64,000 nt of DNA from Macrostomum hystrix. Its lineage: Eukaryota > Animalia > Platyhelminthes. The stretch is taken from NCBI GenBank assembly GCA_950097015.1, contig CATNEN010000011.1, positions 6,386,001-6,450,000 on the forward strand. Direction: 5' to 3'. The notes below the pieces were generated by a model that worked only from the letters and a program-made list of their open reading frames with translations, had not been told where the DNA came from and searched no databases. Within the stretch, counting starts at the first letter, position 1. Each line of letters starts with the position of its first letter. Shown here piece after piece: positions 37,859 through 50,000 of the stretch. A program made the position numbers and the translations under genes.

Positions 37859-40277
37859 AACAGGTAAGATAAGAAATAGTCTTTAAGTTCTTCAATCTTC
37901 ATTACAAATAAATATATATACACAATGCTACATTTGCATTTAGAGTCAACTGGATTTGCACTTTGATCTCGCTCAATCGAATGCTGCTTGACTGAAATCA
38001 CTAGTAGTCAGTGAGCTTGAGTATTACTTTCGCATGGCACCGTCGCAATTTATTGATGCACCAATTAAGTACTAGAGGTTCGTGTGGCGGTAGGTTTGTG
38101 GACCTCCAACCTAAGAACCTAGCTAGTGAGCGTCAAGCTGGCCATATCTATTAGCCCCAAAGGAGATGTCCTAAGGCAGAGAATGTCGAAAAATGCTGTT
38201 TCTGTCTGCCAATTTGCCAACTGTTCTATTTCTGCATAAGCTAAAGACTTTTTGATTAGCCATTATTGCTTTGCTTGACATCGACAATTTGTATTGCATT
38301 TGACAAGTGTAGATCTCATTTCTAATTTTTGAGGACCAAGAAAAGAAGAAAAGACAGCCTCGGGACAGGATCAAGAGAAACAAAGTAGTGGCCAATACTC
38401 AGTCAGAAAGTATAAATGTAGAATTTAGAAAAAATATGAGACCAAGACATTCAACTACAGTATATATAGTAGCACAAGGTGTAGGTAATGGCAATGAGTA
38501 GACAATCAAGGTATTGATAGTTGATTTTTTGTTTTGCAAGATGTGAGTTTCTGCTGAACAACTGTATATGCTACATTTTAATGTTGTTTGCATTTTTTCT
38601 TTTTGGTGGCACAGTGGCTACAGTATATGTAGGAGCTTGAGAAACTTTGCACAAAAATACAGTAAGGATACCTTAGAAGTTATGATTTTTGGATAAAAAC
38701 AAGTTTTGGTGTACAAAGATTTTCTGACTCAAACTTTCAACATAGAAAAAGCAATATTAGTTTGAGTAGCCAATAGCTATATAGCTTATAAATTTGTAAT
38801 GTCATAAGAGACTAGCTTAAATATAGAGTCCAACTGAGTACTCAACCCTTTTGAAGGTTACTTGACTCAAAACTACTCAAGTCTAAATTTGTGATGAGTA
38901 GTCAAGCAATTATTCCATGTAACAAAGGGGTCAAGAAAAGCCAGGACAGATAAGAGAAGCAAGAGCAAGAGCAGAAGCAAGAGAAAAGAGAATAGATGTG
39001 AGAGTAGGAGCTGAATCTAATTGCATTAGGGAAGGGAATAAACAATTATGCATAGTTATTTGTTAATATTGTAAGCTAAAGTTAATGCTATTCTGATGCA
39101 TATATATAGAACAACAAATTTAACTGACTGACCAGAATGCATTTATAGTACATAGTAAATTTATGTATATTGCATAGTCCTTTCCCATATTTTTTTTCCT
39201 GATATAGGCATTTCACTTTTAAGAAATGCAAGAAATGAATAAGAATATATTATTATAGTAGTAATATAAGCTATGAACATGTGCAAGATTAAGGACAGAG
39301 GCCCATTTGTAGATATACAACAGTAAATAGTAAAATAGACAAGGCAGAGGTCTAAAAATGAGATAAACTATATATTTTATTTAGTTTATTTAGATAAACT
39401 TGGCTACTTGACTTGTTTACTTGACTGAGTACTTGACTTGACCAAAAACCAGGCTTGGTCAGACTCTACTCAAATGTTGCTTGCTATGCCTCATAATGGA
39501 TCATAAAAGTTTCAATAGGATTTCAAGCTGTCCCTCACTCTCGGGTTGGAGATCTACACTTGTTTTCCCATAGATTTTAATGATAATTTCAAGATGTAAA
39601 GAGATGAAATGAATAATGCAAAAACACAAAACAAGGTCACTGACCAAAGATTTTGAAAAAACATTTGCCTTAATCTGTCCAACTTTTCCTAGCAATTAAC
39701 ACACATCTTTTCTTGATTTGGTAAGGATTCTTAAAAAGTCTGGTCTTTGGCTATTCAGGATCTGGATCAGGAGCCTTGTAGGGCTCTAGTATTCATAAAT
39801 TTTGTCCATAAGGCTTCATATCTCTAACTTTCAATAGTTATATCCACAGCAATAGTGTAACTCTAAATATGCATGTAAGTTGTAAATAACCTATTTGAAA
39901 AACTGAATGTTAGGCTAATAAATCATATCATAGGATTCATACATCTAAAATTTGAACTAAAACATATTTTAACAATTTAATTATAAACAAAAACCATGGT
40001 TAGAAAAAATTAATATCGAGGTTTTAAGACATCAACAAGACAGACATCAATACCTCTTGAAGCCATATTATAAAAAAATTACTGCCCCTGTCCCATTTTA
40101 GTCTGTTGTGGTCCATTTCATAATTCCAGTGTTTACACAGACCCATGTGAGTGTCTGCATATAGTAGGGCCTATCTCTGTGAATTTATGCTTTGGAGTCA
40201 GCAAATAGGCAGAGCTACCTTCTTACTAGGCCTAGCTACAGGTCTAGTTTTGGCCATTACCCACAGCTCTCCTGCAA

Positions 40278-40940
40278 GGGAGCCCAACATTTGACTGCTG
40301 CCATTTGACTTCAACCATTTGACTGCAGACAATTTGACAGTGGAGCATTTGACTATGGACACTTTGACTGCAGAGCATTTGACTGCGGGCAATTTGACTG
40401 CCGAGCATTTGACTGTGGACCATTTGACTGCCAGCCATTTGACTGCGGACACTTCCACACTTTTGGCTGCACATTTATTGACTGCCACTTCAAAACACAT
40501 TTCGTTTAGATGTTTATAATTAGTCGCAGAGCGGTTGAAACAAGGGTCACTTTAAACCCATTGCAAATTCTCATGGCTCCGTGAGGATAATTTCAATTGC
40601 AAACAATTGTCAACAGAGGATTTTCTTTCTCTCAGAGCTCGAAATTTCCTAGATAAAAATGACTATAACAAAGTGTGAGAGCAACCATAAAATACTCATA
40701 ATTGGTTGCTGAGGCACAATTTTTCACTGACAAATTTATACTTATTTATCCAGAAATAATTATATACCTATTGCGAAGCTTTCTGGTTGTGGAGATAGAA
40801 GGTTATAATGAACGAATTTACCATTTATTCTGGTTCTAGAACTGGGGAATCAGATTGTGGCAGTCAAATGGCTGGCAGTCAAATTGTCTGCAGTCAAATG
40901 CTTGGCAGTCAAATTGCACGCAGTCAAATGTTGTAGTCCC
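40278..40940. mobile_element. Non-autonomous Mutator/foldback-type MITE
   Basis: TIRs begin GGGA and are built of catttgactgc subrepeats (40278-40450, inverted at 40858-40940); 9-bp TSD ctcctgcaa / ctcctgtaa. Confidence 0.8.
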
Positions 40941-41190
40941 CTCCTGTAACTATTATTGACAGTGCTTATCCCCACAATACTATTGCAATGGATCCTGGAC
41001 ACTTCGTCATCTTACAACTTTTTCATCCACTTGGAAGGTAGGACACTTCATCATCCAGCCAATTGGCATGCTTTAAATTTTGGTCAGTTCATCATCTATT
41101 AGGCCTAATAACAAGTAATCAAGTCTGTCATCAATAAAGTAAGGGTGGGGTGGTAGGACAGAGGTGTGAACACACTTCACACTCTAAATC

Positions 41191-41470
41191 ATACATGCAC
41201 AACAACCGGCTGTCCCGGCCGAAACGGCCGGGTGAAACGAGGGCCAAGCAAGGTAAGTCGCAAAAACCAATCGACCAAGCGCAAAAAAATCAAAGGGGGG
41301 ACCAAGGGACAAAAAAAGGAAGGCGTGAAGAAAAGGAAAAAGGGGAGAGAAAAAGAGAGCAAATGAGAGCAAACTAAGTTGTAAATAGAGCAATGAAATG
41401 AACTAAGTCGCAAATGAGAGCAAAAACTAAGTCGCACGGCCAGCTAAGATTTGGGAGGTTGCGTATATAT
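41191..41470. mobile_element. MITE-like family B, copy 2
   Basis: homologous to 25438-25717; contains hairpin cccggccgaaacggccggg. Confidence 0.6.
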
Positions 41471-41715
41471 GCTCTAAATTGTCAAAAAGAGGTGTCAAAG
41501 CTGATTTCATTATAAGAGTTGAAAGATAGGTGCCAACACAAACCTTCTAAACTTCCCCGACTCAGGATTTCCCAACTTCTAATGCAGACCCATTAGAAGT
41601 CAGGAATTCCTGACTTGAATCTATAAGGGGGAACCATTACAAATTTTGCAAATCCATTCCTGACTCGAATTATTTTCTTAAACTCGAATTACATATACTG
41701 GTATACCGCCTCAAA

Positions 41716-41850
41716 TCCCGACTCGAATCTGCAAGGGGGGACCATTACAAATTTTGCCATCTGCATTAGGATTTGGAATTGTTGTGGTCCTAATTCCCGA
41801 CTCCTAAGGCAAACTTTGTAATGGTCCCCCCTTACAGATTTGAGTTGGGA
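41716..41850. repeat. ~43-bp inverted repeat within a cccgactc-rich element
   Basis: tcccgactcgaatctgcaaggggggaccattacaaattttgcc versus ggcaaactttgtaatggtccccccttacagatttgagttggga. Confidence 0.75.
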
Positions 41851-42116
41851 TTTGAGTCGGGAATTCCCTTTCGGGAATGTCTCTTTGTTATCCACCCTCC
41901 AAGATATTGGCCAGATCTTCATCTGGATGACGAATTGTCTCTATTGCAACAATGCCCATACTATAAGGTAATAGGTTCCTTGACCTGCTAGTTCAAGTAG
42001 TCCTAAAATGTAGCCAGTGTTTTGTGCAGACAAGCCAGTCTTTATTCCCATTGTACATACAAACGGATAGGAAAGCTATCTGTGTTTTGTGCGGATAAGC
42101 CAGTTGCTATTCCCAC

Positions 42117-42768
42117 GGTACCATGTGCCATGTGGGGCTATGGTGGAGTTCCGTTTGTTATATTATTTTTCAATTTCAAAATGGTGCCAAAAGCCCGGTA
42201 ATGCAACAGACGATTTGGCATGACGTGGCATATGTATGTCTATGGTCTAAAATTGACTGTTGGCTCAAGTCAAGACCTTATCGGCTCAAGTTCAATCAGG
42301 ACAAGAGTCAGTCAGGGAGGGCTCATTCTTCGAGGGAAGCCACCTGACACTATGCCAACTGGTGGACTTCATTTACTAGTGGTCCTTGAAGACGCTGCTG
42401 AAGGACATCAGACAAGAGTGTCGCATCGGAGGCAGTGGAGACAAGGCCAGGCTGCGACAGATGCATGGCACATCGGATGCACTATTTGAGTCACATCTGC
42501 AGGAGTACATGTGGCGCCGTCTATACCCAGTCAACTTCATGTATTGGGTGTCCCACTATTATCCAACTTGATGAACAGATAAGGAACTGATGAACCTCTG
42601 ATGAACTTTTCTGAGTGTCCTCGTGTTGTTTAAATGTTGCTGCGTTGGTCATAAAACTTGTTTAACCTGTCCGCAGTCATTTCAAATTGCAAAATAATAT
42701 AACGAACGGAACTCCACCATAGCCCCATGTGGTCGTGGATAGTATGGCCATTATTATGCAATGGTACC
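42117..42768 (+). mobile_element. Merlin (IS1595/ISXO2-like) DNA transposon deletion derivative
   Basis: ends GGTACCAT / ATGGTACC; ~55-bp subterminal IR (ggggctatggtggagttccgtt(t/c)gttatattattt); peptide CRIGGSGDK fused to RQMHGTSDALFESHLQEYMWRR, resembling the Merlin IGG and C-terminal HG..L.EF.WR motifs; no clean TSD. Confidence 0.5.
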
Positions 42769-44086
42769 ATTGGATTGTGACCCGCAGAGTTTGTGTAGCA
42801 CTTGCTACCCACTATCATAACCTTAATTTTAATGCAGAAAAAAATACATAAATAAGAAAAACAATTCGTAGATATTAATAAAAATATTTTTTTCGACTAG
42901 CTTAGCTAACCTTAGCAGTTGCAGCCATGGTAGAATCACGCGCGACGGCAGGCTTGCTGTCAGCCATTACTTATGTGTTAAGAAAGGCACGAACAAAAAT
43001 AATTACAGAGAATTGTGCAATTCAGCTAAGCACGTTTAAGGGTTTGGATAGCAGTTTTTTAATTTGGCCAACAAAATATTCAGATGAGAGGACGAGCGAG
43101 TGAAATGAATGCGGGTGGAATGTGGCGTTTGTTTTGGATTTTGAAAATAGACTGTTCTGTTTAAACCACTATTTCGATTTTAAACAAAACATTTTCTTTC
43201 AACGACAGATATCTGCTAGATAATGAGAAAAAGACTAAAAAATCAAGCACTTTTTTATATGAATTGGTGTAATAAATTACAATAGTTTATTTACAAAAGT
43301 AATTAGAAGGTCTGCTTAAAATGGATTGTAAAATGCCTTTATTATAAAAGAAGTAACGACGATGCTCAGTCATAAATATGGCATTGCCTTGAACTTCATC
43401 ACTTTCACCTCTTTCCTCTTTCATTTGTCGCATATTCTATTTTTGTGTTACGCAGCTTTTGATCCCTGCAACATTTTCAACTTATATTTCAACTTATGCG
43501 AGCGCTACGCACGCTCGTGTCTATGGCCATTAACTGAAATCTCAATTCCAGACAACCACCCATTGTTCGATTAGCATTGGCATTAGCTGATTAGCATTAG
43601 CGATTATTGGCCCTTAGCATTTCGAGATCCATAGCTAATTTTGTGTTGTATGATTTGCGCCACGATTTAGAAAATCTGCGTTGGCTAAAATTTTGCGAGT
43701 TGTATTTTTATTGAGTGAATTTTGTAGGTACTATATTGGAAGAAAATGCGATTCTGAACTAAAATAAATCTTGCATGCTGATTTGTTTTGCAGTGTAATG
43801 TATGTAAGAATAGTGCGCTATGACACATAGTACACTAATCACACTTTGCTATAACAATAGCAAGCGATGACATATGGGCTACTCACGTGGTGTATTTCTC
43901 TGTTATATTTAATATAGCAAGTTTATTAAACAGCTAAATTAAAATTGTATGTAACAAATCTTTAAGCAATTTATAGTTCAATACTATTAAATGTTACCCT
44001 TCTAATGTAAGAATACTATAAGGACGATTCTCGTTCTATTTTATTAAATTGGTGGAAGTGAACACGTATTAAAAATCTATCATTTG

Positions 44087-47000
44087 TCAATATTCATCCT
44101 CTGAACTGCTAGTGCTTATAGCAACCTCGATGGCTGGCAGCGTTACGTACATCATCAACTGCTCGTCGGCTTTGATCTCCTTTATCTTTTGCTGCTCCTC
44201 CCAGAGCTTCTGAGCTGATTCTTGTCGTCTGCGCTCCTTCAAAGCGTCCTGTGGGAACACGTTTATATGCGGATATATCTACATATATATATCTGGACAG
44301 ATTTGACATAATGATGGCTGGCCCGGTTGTCGAACGGTGACACGTTTATCAAAAGCGAAAGTTGAAGATGAGATACTACTATTTAAATTTCTCACTACCG
44401 TATATACTCACCTCTTCCTTTTTGCGACGCACTAAAAATGCAACCTGGGCCATGAGGCTATCCAGTTTAGTTTCATCTTGGCCATCTTCGGCAGCTTGCA
44501 GGGTCAGGGAACGATTCAATGGGAAATAGTCGAGGCGGTCCTTCTCGTACTGTGGGAGAATTAAAAAAAATTTGTCAGCAGGAAGACCATGCTATTTCAC
44601 ACCTGGGGAAAGACCACTTCACGATAGCTTTCAAACCGAATGACCGATTTTTATGAAATCCTATTTTCCACCATATAGATCAACAGTTTCCGCCCTTTAC
44701 AATGAACTAACTTTTAAAACCACCCGACGTCAGCATTGTCGTGATATTCAGCGATTCCTGTCGGAGACCCTGGTGACAAGAACAACGACAATGACAAGAA
44801 TTCAGAAATTTTAGTAGCGGAAAACGAATGCCTAAAAATGATTTTTTTGCCACCAGACACACCGACGAGAATATTGAATATTTCGACGATATCTATGCTT
44901 TGTGATTCTGGAAGTTGTCTCATCGTGTAGAGCAGAAATTTTTTAGCCCCTGCAAAAAAGAATTATTAATTGCAGGAGGGCTGCGGGCAATTGCACCTCA
45001 TTTGGTAACACTATAGACCCGCAGCCAGCGAGGAGGCAATTCTGCCCATATCGCTGACTCCTGAGCACACACGCACACAGACACCGTACGCAGACACACG
45101 CTCACACAGGTGTGTACATCTGCCCTGACTTTCTCATTGTCAGGCAGTGTACACTCTCACTGTGCCTTGGAGGTTGGCCCTCAAGGGCGTAAATTGCACG
45201 ACAAGCCCCCAAGCCTTCTCACCGCGGCTACGCCCCAAATAAATGTGGCCTCGCCGTGGAATCGAACTTAGGGACCGTGGTGCGAGAGGCAAAAGCGATA
45301 AACACTCTGCCACCGACCCCACTATTGCGAGATGCTAAAAAATAGGAATGCATTGCTGCAAGGAAGTCAGGAATCGAACCCCGATCTTTAAGTCCAGAAT
45401 CTAACCACTAGTCTAAAACCCGCGTCTATTACATAACTAAACAAAAGCCAGGACTTCATTAGCTACTTACGAGACGAAACACGTACAGTTCAATGGCAGT
45501 GTAGTCATTAAACTTAGTTTCGTTCAGGTGCAGAAAGAAGAACAGGTAGGCCCACGGGTTGTGCTCTTCGGTCACGTGTTTCGAAAATCCCTGGATTTAT
45601 TTTGTTTTGTTTTAGTTTTCAGAAAGGGAGTTTCTGCTAGGCATAATTTTGTTTGCGATTTAAGGATTCCTAACTACATTATTGGAGGGATTCCCTCGAA
45701 CTTGCCGCTAAGATTTTTAATTAAACCTAGCAGGGATTCCAAATTCCCGATAAACCAAAGCAGGGATTCCCCATTAACCATAGCAGGGATTCCCCACTAA
45801 ACATTGCAGTGATTCTCCACTAACTAAAGCTTGAATTCCCCACTAAACATAGCTGGAATTACCCACTAAACATTGCAGGGATTCCCCACTAAACATAGCA
45901 GGATTCCCCACTAAACATAGCAGGAATTCCCCACTAAACATAGCAGGGATTCCCCACTAAACATAGCAGGGATTCCCCACTAAACATAGCAGGGATTCCC
46001 CACTAACCATAGATGGGATTCCCCACTAAACATAGCAGGGATTCCCCACTAACCATAGATGGGATTCCCCATTAGTTCTAGCAGGAATTCCGCACTTATC
46101 TCAAACGAAATCAGCAAAGAAGTCTCTCACTTTGCCGTAGTGCTCAAAGTCGTAGGAATTTCTTGAGCAGATGAAGCAGACGGTGCTCATGTCCTTGTCT
46201 ACTTGCCATTTGGAGTCCCTTAGTTCGCTGAACGTGTCCACAATGATGCCAAAGACAATGTTCAGACCAATAGTGGTGATAATGATGAAAAATGAAATGT
46301 CGAACACAGATTTCACCATGTGATAATTAAAAGTGCGATTGTTTGGTACGTCGAAGAACTGAAATGGGTGATGCGGTCTGTGCTCAACTTTTGCAGTTTT
46401 TTACTTTTTAACAAACGTAACTACAATCATATTTGTTTTAACGAATCACTGCTTCCAGGCGCGCTATTGCTTACCTCAGACTCCTGAAATTTGGAATTAA
46501 AAAATGAAATAAAAGTTTCATAACCTTTATTAAAAAATTTACATCGCAAGTTGAGCAGCAACTGTACTCACATCGTACATGCCGGTGATGAGTCCTCTGC
46601 GTATGACAGTGATTGTGCACTCTAGCATATTGCTGCAGAAGCTGCCCTTAGCATTGACGAATATGTCTCGATAATAGGCAAAGCAGATCAGTGCGTAGAT
46701 ATAGAAGATGGCTATTGAGTACATCATGACCCAAACCAGTGATAGGCCTGCAGCGGATTTGGGTCATGAAATCTAATTTGGGTCAAAGGATTTTATACTT
46801 ATTGAAATTATCCATTATAATCTAAATTAGTTTAGAATGGCCAGATAATGTACACCTGCCCCAATCGGGCCTGATGTGCAGCCGACAGCACAGCCCAAGC
46901 TATAGCGCGGCGCATCTGAAGGCTGTTCAGTCCATGGACTGGGGGGACGCCACACCCACCCACAATTACCCCGCCTGATGCTGGTATACATTTAATCAGC

Positions 47001-50000
47001 TGGGAGAACTGAAGCAATTCAGAGGTGAATATCTTGCGGGGGTGAGTGGCGGAGCGGTCTAACGCGTTTGCCTCTCGCATCGAGGTCCCTGAACTCGATT
47101 CCGTGGCGAGGCCACATTAAATTGGATTGCAGCCTCGAAGAGAAGGCTTGGGGGCTTGACGTGCAATTTACGGCCTTGAGGGCCAACCTCCAAGGCGCAG
47201 TGAGAGTGTACACTGCCTGAAGATGAGAAAGTCAGGGCAGATGTACACACCTGTGTGAGTGTGTGCCTGCTTACGGTATCAGTGTGCGTGTGCTCAGGAA
47301 TCAGCGAAATGGGCAGAATTGCCTCCTCGCTGGCTGCGGGTCTAGTGCCATCAAATGATGTGCCATTGCCCGCAACCCGGCCTCCTGCAATTATTAATAT
47401 TAGATACCTTGACAAAGGGCAAAAGTTGCACCAGTAAAGCGGAGAATCGAACCCCAGACCTTTAAGTCAGGCGTCCGATGCTTCTGACCACTAGGCTACA
47501 TTCCGTAGTAGAACTACCAGGAATGTATTTCAAGCACTCAAATTATAATTGCTGCCGAAGAGCCAAGAGGGTAGAGATTGAGAATGAGTGAGCTTGAGGT
47601 TGGCTTATGTATATTCTTTTCTGTCTTATTTTCCAGCACTTGATCGCTTGATCAATTATTCATGAAAAAAGCATTCTAAAAGTCGTTGAAGCAACTATTT
47701 TTGCAGGATATACTTAAAGAACAGCATTGTATCTGCTTCCAATAAAAATTTATCATCATTCTAAGGTGAGAAACGTGAAAAGCTCCTAATTTGCTAGTGC
47801 ATTTTCCGTGGAAATCTGCCTTTAATAAATTTTCCAAGAAACGAAATCGTCCAGTCCTTCTTCTTCTAGAGGTCCTTGGGGGGAAATCGCTTGGTGTTTC
47901 TACTGTTGAGGGACAACGCTAATAGCTTCTTGGGCCTGAACTGGGTGATACAGGTTACGGATCAATATTTAGGCAGTTGCATGCGTCACCTACCGTTTCT
48001 GGTGATGGCCTGAAAGACCCGTCTCAGCAGCTGGTTATGATTGGCGATGTGCAGCAGGTGAAAGGAGAAGAAATAGCCGTGCAGTGGTGTGCCGAGCAGG
48101 GAGAAAACCACAAATATCACGTAATAGAATGTGCCAAAGCTGAACACTGACGTCTTGAGATGGCCCTCAACGTCGTCAAGGACGTTCTCATTTTCCGAAG
48201 CTTTGGCTTCGATGCCTAAGGTTCTGCTGGAATTGAAATGACAGTCAGATTTGGCCAAGAATATCAGCATGCAACTGTGGGCAGCGCTTAGTGACATTCC
48301 AACTGATGCCAACGAGAGGTAATTAGCAGCAGAGCTACCTTGGGGGGAGAATTTTTGTTGCACCCGAATGGAGCAACTCAAGCACACGAAACTTAACAAC
48401 AACTCGGGCCAACTTTTTGTTGTTCCGCATCTTCTGAAACAAGAATCAAGCCGCCAGCTGCTCTTCAGACCGTCGAGATATTCAATGTTTCTGGCCGAAG
48501 GTCCGATTTTTCCCATAAGAGCTAGTGTATTTCATACACCCCTATACACGAATTTGCACTGCGCCTCAGTGCGGCCTGGCCAGGCCTTCAAAATTTATCA
48601 GCATGCCACCCGAATGTGTTCGGTGGTCACCTACCTTTATCTAGACGGACTGCTGGAACTTCAAGGGCTACAACAGGTGGAACTAGGCCACTATGGACTC
48701 CCTGACGCGAATTTCTTAAATTTCACTGATCAAGCCTAAATATTAGGCTCAGCTCAACCACAGTACACCCTCGCCTAGTCTGTCAACCAATCAGTCACCA
48801 CCCAACGCTGTTAGCTTTCGGGCGCTGCCAGAAATTCTCCCCATCGGTATTACACAGGTTATTAGGCTAACACCAACACAGGGTTTGTACATCAGCGCTG
48901 ACTGAACAGTACTGTACGCTGACATCGGGCAGAACTGGTTCTACACAGTGAAAATGTATCTTCTCTACTGCAAGTAGTGTGACGCAGCAATGAAAATGTT
49001 AAGACGGTCTGCAGGCTCACCACCAGTAGGCTTTGACTTTGGCAAGCGTCGGCACGTAGGGTTTGTTGCACAGAAAGAAGCTGATTAACACAAAGATGCT
49101 CATCAGATTGTGCAGCAGCCCCAGTATGAGCACGGTCACTCTGGACATTGTGGACCGCACTGGGGTCGGGTCGCTCGCATCCTTCGCAGCCGTCCAGCTG
49201 GCGATGACAATGCAGCAGATGAGCAGGCTGAGGACAATACACGCCATGTTGAAGGCCTTCCAGCCGCGGACAAAGAATGCGCCAACAGGATGGCAGAGAA
49301 CGCGCTTCTGCCACTGAATGTCTTCGATGATCTCCTTGAGCCATTCGCAGAAGTCGCGAAGTTTGTTAGCTGGCGATGAGCTGCGTGCGTGTATTGGAGA
49401 CTGATAAATGATCTATTGATTTCTGATCAGCAATAGTGGCTTGAAAACAGGTGTGAAAGAGAATAGTCTCACCGATCCACCTCGTAATTGAAGCGATCTT
49501 TGACCTCCTGTCGAAGCACTTTCCTATCCCTGACCCGGAAGTAGATTTTCTGCAGATTGTCATCTTTCAGCAACTCGATGGACATTGTGTTGAATCTGTA
49601 GAACTCGCAGATTGAATCCTTCATATCGGCTACTGATTGGCGAAAGTTCAAAAAATCCCCAATCGGGATTTTCCTATCGGGTTCAAGGTCCTGGAATCGC
49701 ATCAGAATGTGATAGTAGCGAAATCCCACGCGAAGTAGATCCTCGCGAACGTCAGGACCAAGGCTGGCATTCAGTTGACGCTCGTAGAGGTCGGCTAAAA
49801 TCTGACAGATGATCTCTGGCCCGATCGTGTCCTTGACAACCACGGAGTTGGGCGTGGAGCAGTTGGTTTCATCGTCATGAACTGCTCGGTGGCAGCTATG
49901 ATCCCATCTCACATTCTCCTCAACCAGGGCCATGATGAGATTGGCGATGGCTAGCTTTAGTTGGATCTCTTCTTTGAGCTCGCAGATTGAGTAGAGCTGC

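Noticed and set aside
47420-47505. Possible tRNA genes at SINE heads (also ~8730-8785, 45255-45420, 54680-54752)
   Set aside because: A/B boxes are present, but acceptor stems do not close and each continues into a SINE body
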